Assembly (NCBI GenBank): GCA_045105515.1
Contig: JBGCDR010000092.1
Span: 1-37,316, forward strand
Source of the DNA: Oligoflexales bacterium
GTDB taxonomy: Bacteria > Bdellovibrionota_B > Oligoflexia > Oligoflexales > Bog-1112
DNA length: 37,316 nt
Direction: 5' to 3'
In this document: in pieces, positions 8,827 through 17,047 of the stretch
Layout: the number at the start of each line of letters is the position of its first letter
Numbering within the stretch: the stretch's first letter is position 1
Notes under the pieces: generated by a model
Database searches by the model: none
What the model saw: the letters and a program-made list of their open reading frames with translations, nothing else
What the model was told of the DNA's origin: nothing
Position numbers and translations under genes: made by a program

Positions 8827-9381
8827 ATGGATAATGAAAAACGAGACTTTCTCTACGATCTTGCAGATTTTTGCTATTCATCTATGAACTGGTGCGCAAT
8901 TGAATCAGAAAAGGCTACAGGCCAGGTAAACGATATCATTACGATCATATTAGATGATGCTGCGAGGGTATCTGCCATATCCAAAGAGACTCTAGATGCA
9001 ATAAGCTCAATGCGTGAGATCATTAATAATCTAACATCTGATGGTGATCGAGATGCCGCTAACGACTTAGCAAGGGCCCTTGCTCAAACAGCTTCTGAAG
9101 ATGAAGAAATGCGCATGTTTGTTTCTCCCATTATGGAAGCTTTACAATTTCAAGACCGTATAGCCCAAAATATGAATAATTTCTCGAAAATGCTGCGCAC
9201 TTGGATAGAAAAACGTGAAGAATTGGAAGGTCAAGAGGAATTCACCGAATTGGAAAAGATTGATTTTGGCGACCGGCTCTTAGGGTGTACTACAATGACA
9301 GAAGAAAGAGATATTATTCGCAGCTATATTGACAACCTCAAAGAAGATGAGGCTGCTGATAAAGATGTCATGTTTTTCTAA
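8827..9381 (+). CDS. CheZ-like (DxxxQ) protein
   Basis: AAGGAG SD; IMEALQFQDRIAQ, TTMTEER and an acidic tail ending DVMFF. Confidence 0.65.
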   Translation: MDNEKRDFLYDLADFCYSSMNWCAIESEKATGQVNDIITIILDDAARVSAISKETLDAISSMREIINNLTSDGDRDAANDLARALAQTASEDEEMRMFVSPIMEALQFQDRIAQNMNNFSKMLRTWIEKREELEGQEEFTELEKIDFGDRLLGCTTMTEERDIIRSYIDNLKEDEAADKDVMFF

Positions 9382-9419
9382 GATCAAAAATTAAAATAAT
9401 CACACATTACTATTTAGGT

Positions 9420-9474
9420 TGACTTCAATTTTATCAGGCTTTATGAAGGCCATTAGATTGAAGTCACTTGTTTT
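9420..9474 (+). terminator. Hairpin with T-rich tail between the CheZ-like pair and queF
   Basis: TGACTTCAAT (9420-9429) pairs with ATTGAAGTCA (9457-9466); inner stem GGCTTT/AAGGCC; followed by CTTGTTTT. Confidence 0.5.
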
Positions 9475-9488
9475 ATGGATTGAGCAAT

Positions 9489-10310
9489 ATGAATAAACCA
9501 GAAAGCTCTGAGCTAGGAAAAAAGACTATATACCCGACGACTTATGATAAAGGCTTACTGTTTCCAATCCCCAGATCAGAAGGCCGTGAAAGTATTGGAA
9601 TTAGAGACAAGATTCCTTTCGCTGGGTATGATATCTGGAATGCATGGGAGGTTTCCTTTTTGAATTCAAAAGGAAAGCCACTCGTTTGTATTGCCAGTTT
9701 TGTTGTACCTTGTGAGAGCAGATTCATTACTGAATCTAAGTCATTAAAACTTTATTTAAATTCCCTCAATGAACATTCGTTTGAATCCTTAGAACAAGCT
9801 AAAAACACCATAGCTGAAGACCTCTCAGATTGTGTGAAAGCTAAAGTTCAGGTAATTATAAGCCCATTAAATGACTATCCCCACATAATCCACAAACCGA
9901 AGGGTATCTGTCTAGACGATTTAGACATTACCTGGAAGTCGCAAGCTTACTCTCCCAGCATCCTAGCTGCAGTTAACAACACGGGTGAAAGTGAAACACT
10001 TTTCTCAAACCTACTAAAGTCAAATTGTCCGGTAACAAATCAACCTGACTGGGCGACATTGATCATTAAATATACAGGAAGCAAGCTGGATCATAAAAGT
10101 TTGCTAAAATACATACTAAGTTTTCGTGACCACAACGAGTTTCATGAGCAATGCGTAGAACGGATATACCGAGATATCAGTAATCTCAAACAAATCGAAT
10201 CGCTAACAGTATCTGCTCGCTATACGCGCCGAGGTGGGATCGATATAAATCCCATCCGAAGCAGTGAACCACTCACAACATATGAAAATCTTAGATTTAT
10301 TAGACAGTAA
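9489..10310 (+). CDS. queF: NADPH-dependent 7-cyano-7-deazaguanine reductase (bimodular, YqcD type)
   Basis: ESKSLKLYLNS, SNCPVTNQPDW (catalytic Cys/Asp), FHEQCVE, YTRRGGIDINP; start taken as ATG 9489. Confidence 0.95.
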   Translation: MNKPESSELGKKTIYPTTYDKGLLFPIPRSEGRESIGIRDKIPFAGYDIWNAWEVSFLNSKGKPLVCIASFVVPCESRFITESKSLKLYLNSLNEHSFESLEQAKNTIAEDLSDCVKAKVQVIISPLNDYPHIIHKPKGICLDDLDITWKSQAYSPSILAAVNNTGESETLFSNLLKSNCPVTNQPDWATLIIKYTGSKLDHKSLLKYILSFRDHNEFHEQCVERIYRDISNLKQIESLTVSARYTRRGGIDINPIRSSEPLTTYENLRFIRQ

Positions 10311-10512
10311 GAAGATCAGTACTTAGGGGGCAACAGTAGTAGTTCATCTGCTCTTAAAGCACCAAACACTTCCCTGACTAAAATAAAAAAATTTCCTAAA
10401 TCACCATTATCTGTAAGCAAATCATAATAGGCTCAGGTTGATACAAAAAAATCCGAATTTTAACGTAAGGACCGAAATTAAAGTAGGATTATACATCAGA
10501 CCGTTCTAAGGC

Positions 10513-12318
10513 TTGAAAATGATAAATAAACTTTTCTTCATTACCATATTGGGTAATCTGATTCTAAGTTGTGACTCACCCAGAGGCTATGAAAAGCCAA
10601 GAAGCCAGGTAGATGCAAATAGCGCTGCATTTACATTCAACCAAACCGTAGCAACTAAGGACGATCTCCCAGGCTGTACTCCAGAAAGCACCAATAAAAT
10701 CATGAGTATTTCTTCGACCAATCAAGTTGTTATATGCCAAGATAGTACTTGGTTAGATATCAACTTAGCCCATTCGCAAAATCCTTCAATGAATTCGATG
10801 CAGGTTTATGCTACTGAAGCATCTCTACCTGCCTGTGATAGCTCCCTTGAAAACTCATTAGTATTTATCTCCAGCTCGAGCACGATACTTGTATGTGCTG
10901 CAAATTCATGGGCCGAAGTAGGGCAAACAAAGGGTGCTGAGAATTCTTCTGATACCAACACCTACCAAATTCTTGAGTCCTCTGATCTTGCTGGTGAATG
11001 CTCAGCTGCTAACCAGGGCGATTTCAACTACATTATTTCAGAAAAAAAGTTTATTTATTGCAGCAACAATATATGGACTGATGCTGAACTTGGGGGAAAC
11101 AAAAGCGCTCAAGTTTCAGACAACTGGCGCGAAGTTTGGAATGACAATGTTCAAAGTACAGCAATTATCATATCTGGAGTATCGCTTTACAACAATGCTA
11201 CAATTGATGCAGGTAATCTAGAAAAAATCCACAGATTTTATGATGGCAATCCTGCAGCGGCGACTGACCGTTGCACCTTCAATTCATCAGGTTCAGGTTT
11301 TGTTGTTGGTCAAAACTTAGTGGCCACTAATGCTCATGTTGCCCATACTTGGATGGCAAGCAGCCTTAGCAGTCTAATAGAAGTATGCTCTATGTTGGTC
11401 GAAACCCAAACTGAATTTTTAGACGAAATTTTTGATTTCTGCACTGTTGCAACGGTCCCAGCTTTTGCCCAAGGGATGATATTAGCCAACACCCCATTTC
11501 GTCTATCTGAACTCGTGGAACCAACAGCAATTCTAACAGATGATAAGACCTTACAAGCTGTAGAATTAGTATGTTACGATGGAGTTGATCGGACTCCTGA
11601 TGTCAGCACTCCTTTTGCGGACATAACCCTTTACGTTGGCAACTTCGTATCCGCTGGAGATGGGGCCACCCCAAGTTTAAGCCGGACTTTGCAAATCGAC
11701 ACCTTAAGAAGTTTAGTGACCCTTCGTCCTAGTCATGGCCTAGCAGGAATGCACTTAATTTTTCCCAACTCTCAAGGAATTATCGATGATAGTAACTTTG
11801 CAAATTGGGTACCTGTCACTAACATCGACATGTCGCTAGGAGGCAGCGACGACCTTGCATTACTCCAAGTTGATACTGGGCCTAGAAACCCCGTCAGTTT
11901 AAGCGAAACAGATTTCTCTACAGATGTTTTAAGCTCTGATGGGACCAGATTAAATGAAGATGTACTCTTGATAGGATACAGTCGTGGTGACCGCTTTGCG
12001 CATTTTGCCACTGGAAATATTAACCAAGTTATCAGGTTTGACCAGATGATCACGAGCCCTTTAGCACGCAACGGCTTTTTCACTGCGGATAATCGCATGG
12101 TCTATATGTATGACCTAGTATCTGGGGGCGGATCGAGTGGGGGACCAATTTTTAATTTAGCCGGAGAGCTTATTTCTTATAACTTTGCTGGTGATGTTTC
12201 CTCGGCTGATACTGATTTTGGTTATGGGCTTCAGGTGATTCATATTCGTGCTCTTTTAGCAGAGCCCAGAATCTGGCAAGCTCCTCAGGCGCTTCCTGAC
12301 TTGAACAGAACCCCTTAG
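10513..12318 (+). CDS. Lipoprotein, trypsin-like (S1) serine protease with three N-terminal Cys-Trp repeats
   Basis: Lipobox-like LILSC; GSGFVV, ATNAHV (His), DDLALL (Asp), GSSGGP (Ser). True start may be ATG 10519. Confidence 0.8.
   Translation: MKMINKLFFITILGNLILSCDSPRGYEKPRSQVDANSAAFTFNQTVATKDDLPGCTPESTNKIMSISSTNQVVICQDSTWLDINLAHSQNPSMNSMQVYATEASLPACDSSLENSLVFISSSSTILVCAANSWAEVGQTKGAENSSDTNTYQILESSDLAGECSAANQGDFNYIISEKKFIYCSNNIWTDAELGGNKSAQVSDNWREVWNDNVQSTAIIISGVSLYNNATIDAGNLEKIHRFYDGNPAAATDRCTFNSSGSGFVVGQNLVATNAHVAHTWMASSLSSLIEVCSMLVETQTEFLDEIFDFCTVATVPAFAQGMILANTPFRLSELVEPTAILTDDKTLQAVELVCYDGVDRTPDVSTPFADITLYVGNFVSAGDGATPSLSRTLQIDTLRSLVTLRPSHGLAGMHLIFPNSQGIIDDSNFANWVPVTNIDMSLGGSDDLALLQVDTGPRNPVSLSETDFSTDVLSSDGTRLNEDVLLIGYSRGDRFAHFATGNINQVIRFDQMITSPLARNGFFTADNRMVYMYDLVSGGGSSGGPIFNLAGELISYNFAGDVSSADTDFGYGLQVIHIRALLAEPRIWQAPQALPDLNRTP
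10648..11085 (+). repeat. Three diverged protein-level repeats C-x19-C-x4-W
   Basis: LPGC...VICQDSTW, LPAC...LVCAANSW and AGEC...IYCSNNIW share identical Cys/Trp spacing. Confidence 0.8.
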
Positions 12319-12424
12319 AAGGGATATCAGTGACCTTCAACATCTTCAGGGGCTTATAGGGAGACTATCAATTACAATAAAGTTGACAATTCAAGTAATT
12401 AGGAACTGCTCATGACCGCATTGC

Positions 12425-12976
12425 TTAGCGACTCCACATGGGTTTTTTCTTAAGAGCTTTTTGAAATATCGGACAAGAGCTTGTATGTGCACCTTTAAGG
12501 TATCCAGAACTGGTCAAAAACTCCTTGGTTATTTCACCGCCTGTGAATTTGAAATTACTTTTAAAGGCCTTGACCCACTCATTTAAGGGCAAAGGGTGTA
12601 AATTATCCAACCATTTTTTGAAGGACCCGTCTTCAGATTGAATAGCTAGGACTCTATTTGCATTAAAAACTGCAGCATTAACCTTAAGCTTGTTACGGAT
12701 TATACCAGCATCTGCAAGCAATCGATTGATATCTCTAACTTTATATCTTGCTATTTTTTCGATAGAAAAATTCGAATAAGCTAAACGGAAATTTTCTTTT
12801 TTATTTAAAATAGTTGACCAAGATAAACCAGCTTGGTTGATTTCTAAAATGAGGCGCCCAAAAAGCTCATCATCAGATTTAAGGGGAAACCCATACTCCT
12901 GATCATGATAAATACGGTGCACATTCCCTTTTTCGAGATTTTTTACAAAGTCACAGTATGTCTTTGCTTCACCCAT
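12425..12976 (-). CDS. tag: DNA-3-methyladenine glycosylase I
   Basis: YHDQEYG, LEINQAGLSWSTIL, IIRNKLK, FKFTG and the C-terminal HxxxC zinc ligands. Confidence 0.93.
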   Translation of the reverse strand: MGEAKTYCDFVKNLEKGNVHRIYHDQEYGFPLKSDDELFGRLILEINQAGLSWSTILNKKENFRLAYSNFSIEKIARYKVRDINRLLADAGIIRNKLKVNAAVFNANRVLAIQSEDGSFKKWLDNLHPLPLNEWVKAFKSNFKFTGGEITKEFLTSSGYLKGAHTSSCPIFQKALKKKPMWSR

Positions 12977-13155
12977 TTTCAGAAGCCTCTATGCAATGAA
13001 AACTAAGATTCAGAAGCAGATTATGTCACACCTTGAGTGAAATAGGCTATCTATTTTTATTTGACCTCTTAAGGAAGCTAAGCTAGCCTAAATTAGTTGT
13101 TTTATAAAGGGTCACAACCCTTAAGTTTCTATATTTAAAGTAAGAGTCGTAGCCT

Positions 13156-14049
13156 ATGAGCGTTAAATCAGTATCATTTACATCCTTAAATCCTGGAAAA
13201 CACTTAGTGGTCCTAGGTGCAGTGCACGGCGATGAGATCTGTGGCCCAAGAGCAATCGCCCGTATGGTTGACGCATTAAATAAAAATATGTTTGAACTTA
13301 AACAGGGAACCGTCACTTTTGTTCCTATTTGTAACCCAAAAGCCTATGCACTAAATGAACGCTTTGTTGAACACAACCTGAACCGCAGGCTCTATCCCAA
13401 GGATATTACTGAAGATTATGAAGACAAGATTGGCAATGTGCTTTGCAAGCTATTAGATAAAGCTGATGCACTCCTTGATCTCCACTCATATCAATCTCAT
13501 GGTGGACCTTTTTGTTTTCTTGGCACTTCAAGTGAAGAAGAACTTGAATTCTGTAAATCACTTGGAATTTCTGATTACATCTACGGCTGGTCAGAAGCAT
13601 TTTCTAAAAATGCGAGGCTAGAAGACCCTAGGGAAAGCATGGGTACCACCGAATACACTCGGTCCATGGGCGGCATCGCGAGCACTCTTGAGTGTGGTCA
13701 ACACCTCAATTCAGACAATGCCACCATTGGATACCGAGCGATCATAAATGCAATGGATTTTCTAAAATTAATCGAAAGACCCGGCAAACGTTCAGAGGCT
13801 TCTAAAAAGCATTCATGCTTCAAAATGGACAGACTTTTCATTAAAGAAAAACCAGGAAGTTTTCTTAAACAGTGGAAACACCTAGATAGAGTCAGCGAAG
13901 GCGATACTTTAGCTATTTATGAAGATGGTGAAAAAGTCATTGCACCAAAAGATGGGGTCATAGTACTTCCTAAAAATCATCCTAATCATGTAGTGAATAC
14001 AGAGTGGTTCTTTTTTGCTATTGAAACCAAATTTCCATCTCCTCAATGA
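13156..14049 (+). CDS. Succinylglutamate desuccinylase/aspartoacylase family (M14-like) hydrolase
   Basis: HGDExxG, NLNR, DLHS, LECGQH. Confidence 0.88.
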   Translation: MSVKSVSFTSLNPGKHLVVLGAVHGDEICGPRAIARMVDALNKNMFELKQGTVTFVPICNPKAYALNERFVEHNLNRRLYPKDITEDYEDKIGNVLCKLLDKADALLDLHSYQSHGGPFCFLGTSSEEELEFCKSLGISDYIYGWSEAFSKNARLEDPRESMGTTEYTRSMGGIASTLECGQHLNSDNATIGYRAIINAMDFLKLIERPGKRSEASKKHSCFKMDRLFIKEKPGSFLKQWKHLDRVSEGDTLAIYEDGEKVIAPKDGVIVLPKNHPNHVVNTEWFFFAIETKFPSPQ

Positions 14050-14062
14050 GTTTAGTTATTTT

Positions 14063-14542
14063 TCACCTATTTTTTGCTTCTGCCTCAACATGATTTTTAA
14101 GTGCAAGCAAAGCTCTACCATATGCTACATCTGCAGCATTTTCCAATCCACTTCCAAACAAAAAAGACATGGGTGTGTAGCTCATTTTATGGGAAAAATT
14201 TACTGTAATCATCATCTGATTATCTGTATCAGATTTCAGCATCCAGGTGCCGTTTGAAACCCCTAAAAAACCACATTCATTTTCTGTTCTAACATAAATA
14301 TTTTCTACATATGATGTTATATTCGGGTTGCTTAAATCCATTGTAACTCCACTAGAGTTAAGCTTTTCTGGCTTTGGCATCCATTTTCTAATGGCTTCGG
14401 GAGATCTTAAGTGCTTAAAAACCTGCTCAGGAGAAGCTTCTATTTGAACTTGAAGCTTAGAATTGTAGCCATGAGATCTGACCCATAAGAACCCGCAAAG
14501 AATCACTAATGCTCCTAAAATCATGGTATTATTGCTTAGCAT
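14063..14542 (-). CDS. SRPBCC (START-like) domain protein with an N-terminal membrane anchor
   Basis: N-terminal hydrophobic helix; IEASPEQVFKHL...W pattern; C-terminal helix ALLALKNHVE. Confidence 0.7.
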   Translation of the reverse strand: MLSNNTMILGALVILCGFLWVRSHGYNSKLQVQIEASPEQVFKHLRSPEAIRKWMPKPEKLNSSGVTMDLSNPNITSYVENIYVRTENECGFLGVSNGTWMLKSDTDNQMMITVNFSHKMSYTPMSFLFGSGLENAADVAYGRALLALKNHVEAEAKNR

Positions 14543-14651
14543 AAATCTATTCCTTACTTACCGAAAAGCTCACTTAACTCGACATAGCTATCATTGTATT
14601 AGCTACAATTCATAAGTATCGGAAAAATGAAGAATTTCCTTTCCCACTATA

Positions 14652-14664
14652 TTAACTTATTGAT
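14652..14664. promoter_or_regulatory. IHF-consensus site
   Basis: TAACTTATTGATT is an exact reverse complement of WATCAANNNNTTR and sits inside TTAACTT...AAGTTAA. Confidence 0.35.
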
Positions 14665-14697
14665 TTTAAAAAAGTTAATAACTGCAATAAGGGGGGT

Positions 14698-14732
14698 AAA
14701 CAAGAACGGAATGCCGTGAACTTGTCATTCCG
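14698..14732 (-). terminator. Intrinsic terminator after the 14771..15238 gene
   Basis: Stem CGGAATG/CATTCCG followed on the minus strand by TTCTTGTTT. Confidence 0.55.
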
Positions 14733-14770
14733 ATGTATTTGAGTTTGCTAAAAGGAAAGAAACTGAAAAT

Positions 14771-15238
14771 TTAGTTGTTAACATGAAAGTCATATGTTTT
14801 CGGGCAATATTGATTAATCAAATCCACAAGCATAGATGAAAATCTCCCAACTCGCTCAAGCCTTGGACTTCCGCATCCACCTGAATTAAAGAGTGTCACA
14901 GCTTTATCTTCAAGATTAACAACGATTGATGTACTAGGAGCATCGCAAATGAAAACTTCATCACTTTGTAGACCTTCGCCATTTGCTTTGGCGAGAATAT
15001 TTGGTAATTCGCTGCTGATAGTAAGAGGAATTACTTGGTTGACATTGAAACTTGATTCGGCTGCTCTTCCATAAGTACGTTTAATTTCAACTCGATCTAC
15101 GTATAAGTTACAAATTTCTGACCTGGAATAGTCAGGGTGAACATAGCCGGGCGAATTAGTTTTAACGATTAATGGATTAGCAGCGGAATTTGAAGCAATA
15201 AATCCTAACAATAAATAAGCCAACAGTAGTTTTTTCAT
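14771..15238 (-). CDS. Secreted hypothetical protein with four Cys
   Basis: GGAGG SD; classic signal peptide MKKLLLAYLLLGFIASNSAA. Confidence 0.8.
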   Translation of the reverse strand: MKKLLLAYLLLGFIASNSAANPLIVKTNSPGYVHPDYSRSEICNLYVDRVEIKRTYGRAAESSFNVNQVIPLTISSELPNILAKANGEGLQSDEVFICDAPSTSIVVNLEDKAVTLFNSGGCGSPRLERVGRFSSMLVDLINQYCPKTYDFHVNN

Positions 15239-15504
15239 AATAAATACCTCCCAAGTGTTTTATATTTTGTTTTATCAGTTAAACAGTTAGTTGGAGCCAT
15301 GTAAAGGTTTGACTGGTCAATCAAAATGACAATGCTAATGATTTTTATTTTCTTATCAGGCAGGATTGAAATATTTACCGACAGGCATAGCGGCAAGCAA
15401 ACTGATATTAAGATATATTAGTGAGGAAGGGCTAAATTTAAAGGATTCAAGGTTGAAGAGATCTATCCTAGCTTGCTTTTTAAATTTAAAAGAGGACTAC
15501 TGAA

Positions 15505-16812
15505 TTACTGAATTATAGGTGTGTAAATAATTTCCAAAGTCTGCTCCGCACCCACACCTTCAATGAGTGAGAGAATTTTCCCGTTTAGGCTAAACTTTTC
15601 AGGGATAAGAGCCTCTCCCCCGTCGATCTTAATAGTCACAGGAGAGGCCGGATCAACTGAATATTCTAATTCAAATTCTGCTTGAACCGACTTTTTAACA
15701 ATAGACTCTTTAAGTTTTACTAGTAATTCAGTGTAGTTTTCTTCGCAAAGATGCTGAACCAAACCCATGGTGTCTGCATTTGCGGCAAGGTCAATATAAG
15801 TTTGCCCTATTTCCTGAATACTGCAGCCATCATCTTCTTTGCCCTTACCTTTGCCCTTATCATCGTCATCGTCCTCTTCAAGTCCAACAAAGCCATTAAC
15901 ACCTGTCTTATCTTTAAGGAACTCACTTCCATTAACTAAGTCTAAAAATTCAGCCATGCTATAGTCAGACTGATCATCTGAAATCACCACTAACTCTTTA
16001 TTAGAGTCTTTTCTGATACACCCCTCGGGAGTGATCTGGTTGTCTACACATTGATTAGCAGGCAGGTCGACAAAATTGAAGACAATTTCGAGGGCATTTT
16101 GGCTACTAACTTCTAAATTTTTAGGGTGGTACCTAGGATCTTGAGCATTGATGTCACCCAAGTCAAATTCATCCTCTGACAACATAAACATTTGAAAGGA
16201 ATCACCAGGAAATTCTTTACTCATCTGATCAATAAATGCTGGCAAAGTTTGCTCTAGTTTTTCCATTTCTCCAGACATACTACCACTAGTATCTACAGCA
16301 AAAACAACATCTGTTGGCTTACTTGATATAGTTTCAGAACCAGCGACTGTTTGAGTTTTTTGGTTGAGACTTAATGACCGAGCATCTGAATGTACAGCGC
16401 CTTCAGCATCATAACAGGTAAGTGAGTATGTTCCTTGAGCCTGAGCTATAAGGTTCTGCCTTGCCTCTTGACTGACCAAGGCAGAACCTTCAAAACTAAG
16501 CTCACAATTTTGTACGTCTTGGGAAGTATAAGACAATACAAATTCTTGTTCTATGTCTGCTTGATAGTCTGCGTTCAATTCATTGATTAATAGACTAACC
16601 TTTACATCTCCGGTTGCGACTGCCTCAGTTTCACCAGGCTCCAAGCCCGCTACTGGCTCAACGACAATACCCGGATCAGCTTCTGCAGCTGCCTGTGCAT
16701 TCCCAGAACCTTCAGAAGCATCCTTTTTAGAGCCTGCAAAGAAGGACTTATTTCGACAAGCTGCTGCTAAAAAGCAAGTCAGCGATAATACTAAAAAATG
16801 ATTGACTTTCAC
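15505..16812 (-). CDS. vWA-domain lipoprotein
   Basis: Lipobox LAAAC; MIDAS motif DVVFAVDTSGSM and VVISDD. Start placed at GTG 16812 (ORF is open to 16833). Confidence 0.8.
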   Translation of the reverse strand: MKVNHFLVLSLTCFLAAACRNKSFFAGSKKDASEGSGNAQAAAEADPGIVVEPVAGLEPGETEAVATGDVKVSLLINELNADYQADIEQEFVLSYTSQDVQNCELSFEGSALVSQEARQNLIAQAQGTYSLTCYDAEGAVHSDARSLSLNQKTQTVAGSETISSKPTDVVFAVDTSGSMSGEMEKLEQTLPAFIDQMSKEFPGDSFQMFMLSEDEFDLGDINAQDPRYHPKNLEVSSQNALEIVFNFVDLPANQCVDNQITPEGCIRKDSNKELVVISDDQSDYSMAEFLDLVNGSEFLKDKTGVNGFVGLEEDDDDDKGKGKGKEDDGCSIQEIGQTYIDLAANADTMGLVQHLCEENYTELLVKLKESIVKKSVQAEFELEYSVDPASPVTIKIDGGEALIPEKFSLNGKILSLIEGVGAEQTLEIIYTPIIQ

Positions 16813-17047
16813 GATATTCAAAGCTCCAAGCAAGTTATAATCGATCCTGATTTTCTATAAGCAATCAAGCTAAAATACTTTTCGGATGAGATTCTTGTGA
16901 AGACAAATATATTAGAAAATAATGTTCTCATGATTTCGCATTTTTTTACTTGTATATTTTTAAGCAGTTACTAGGCTGAATAGGTAAGATTTTTCTTTAA
17001 ATCAAGCTAATTAGATTTAATTAAAGTTTCTGCTCCTATCACAAAAC

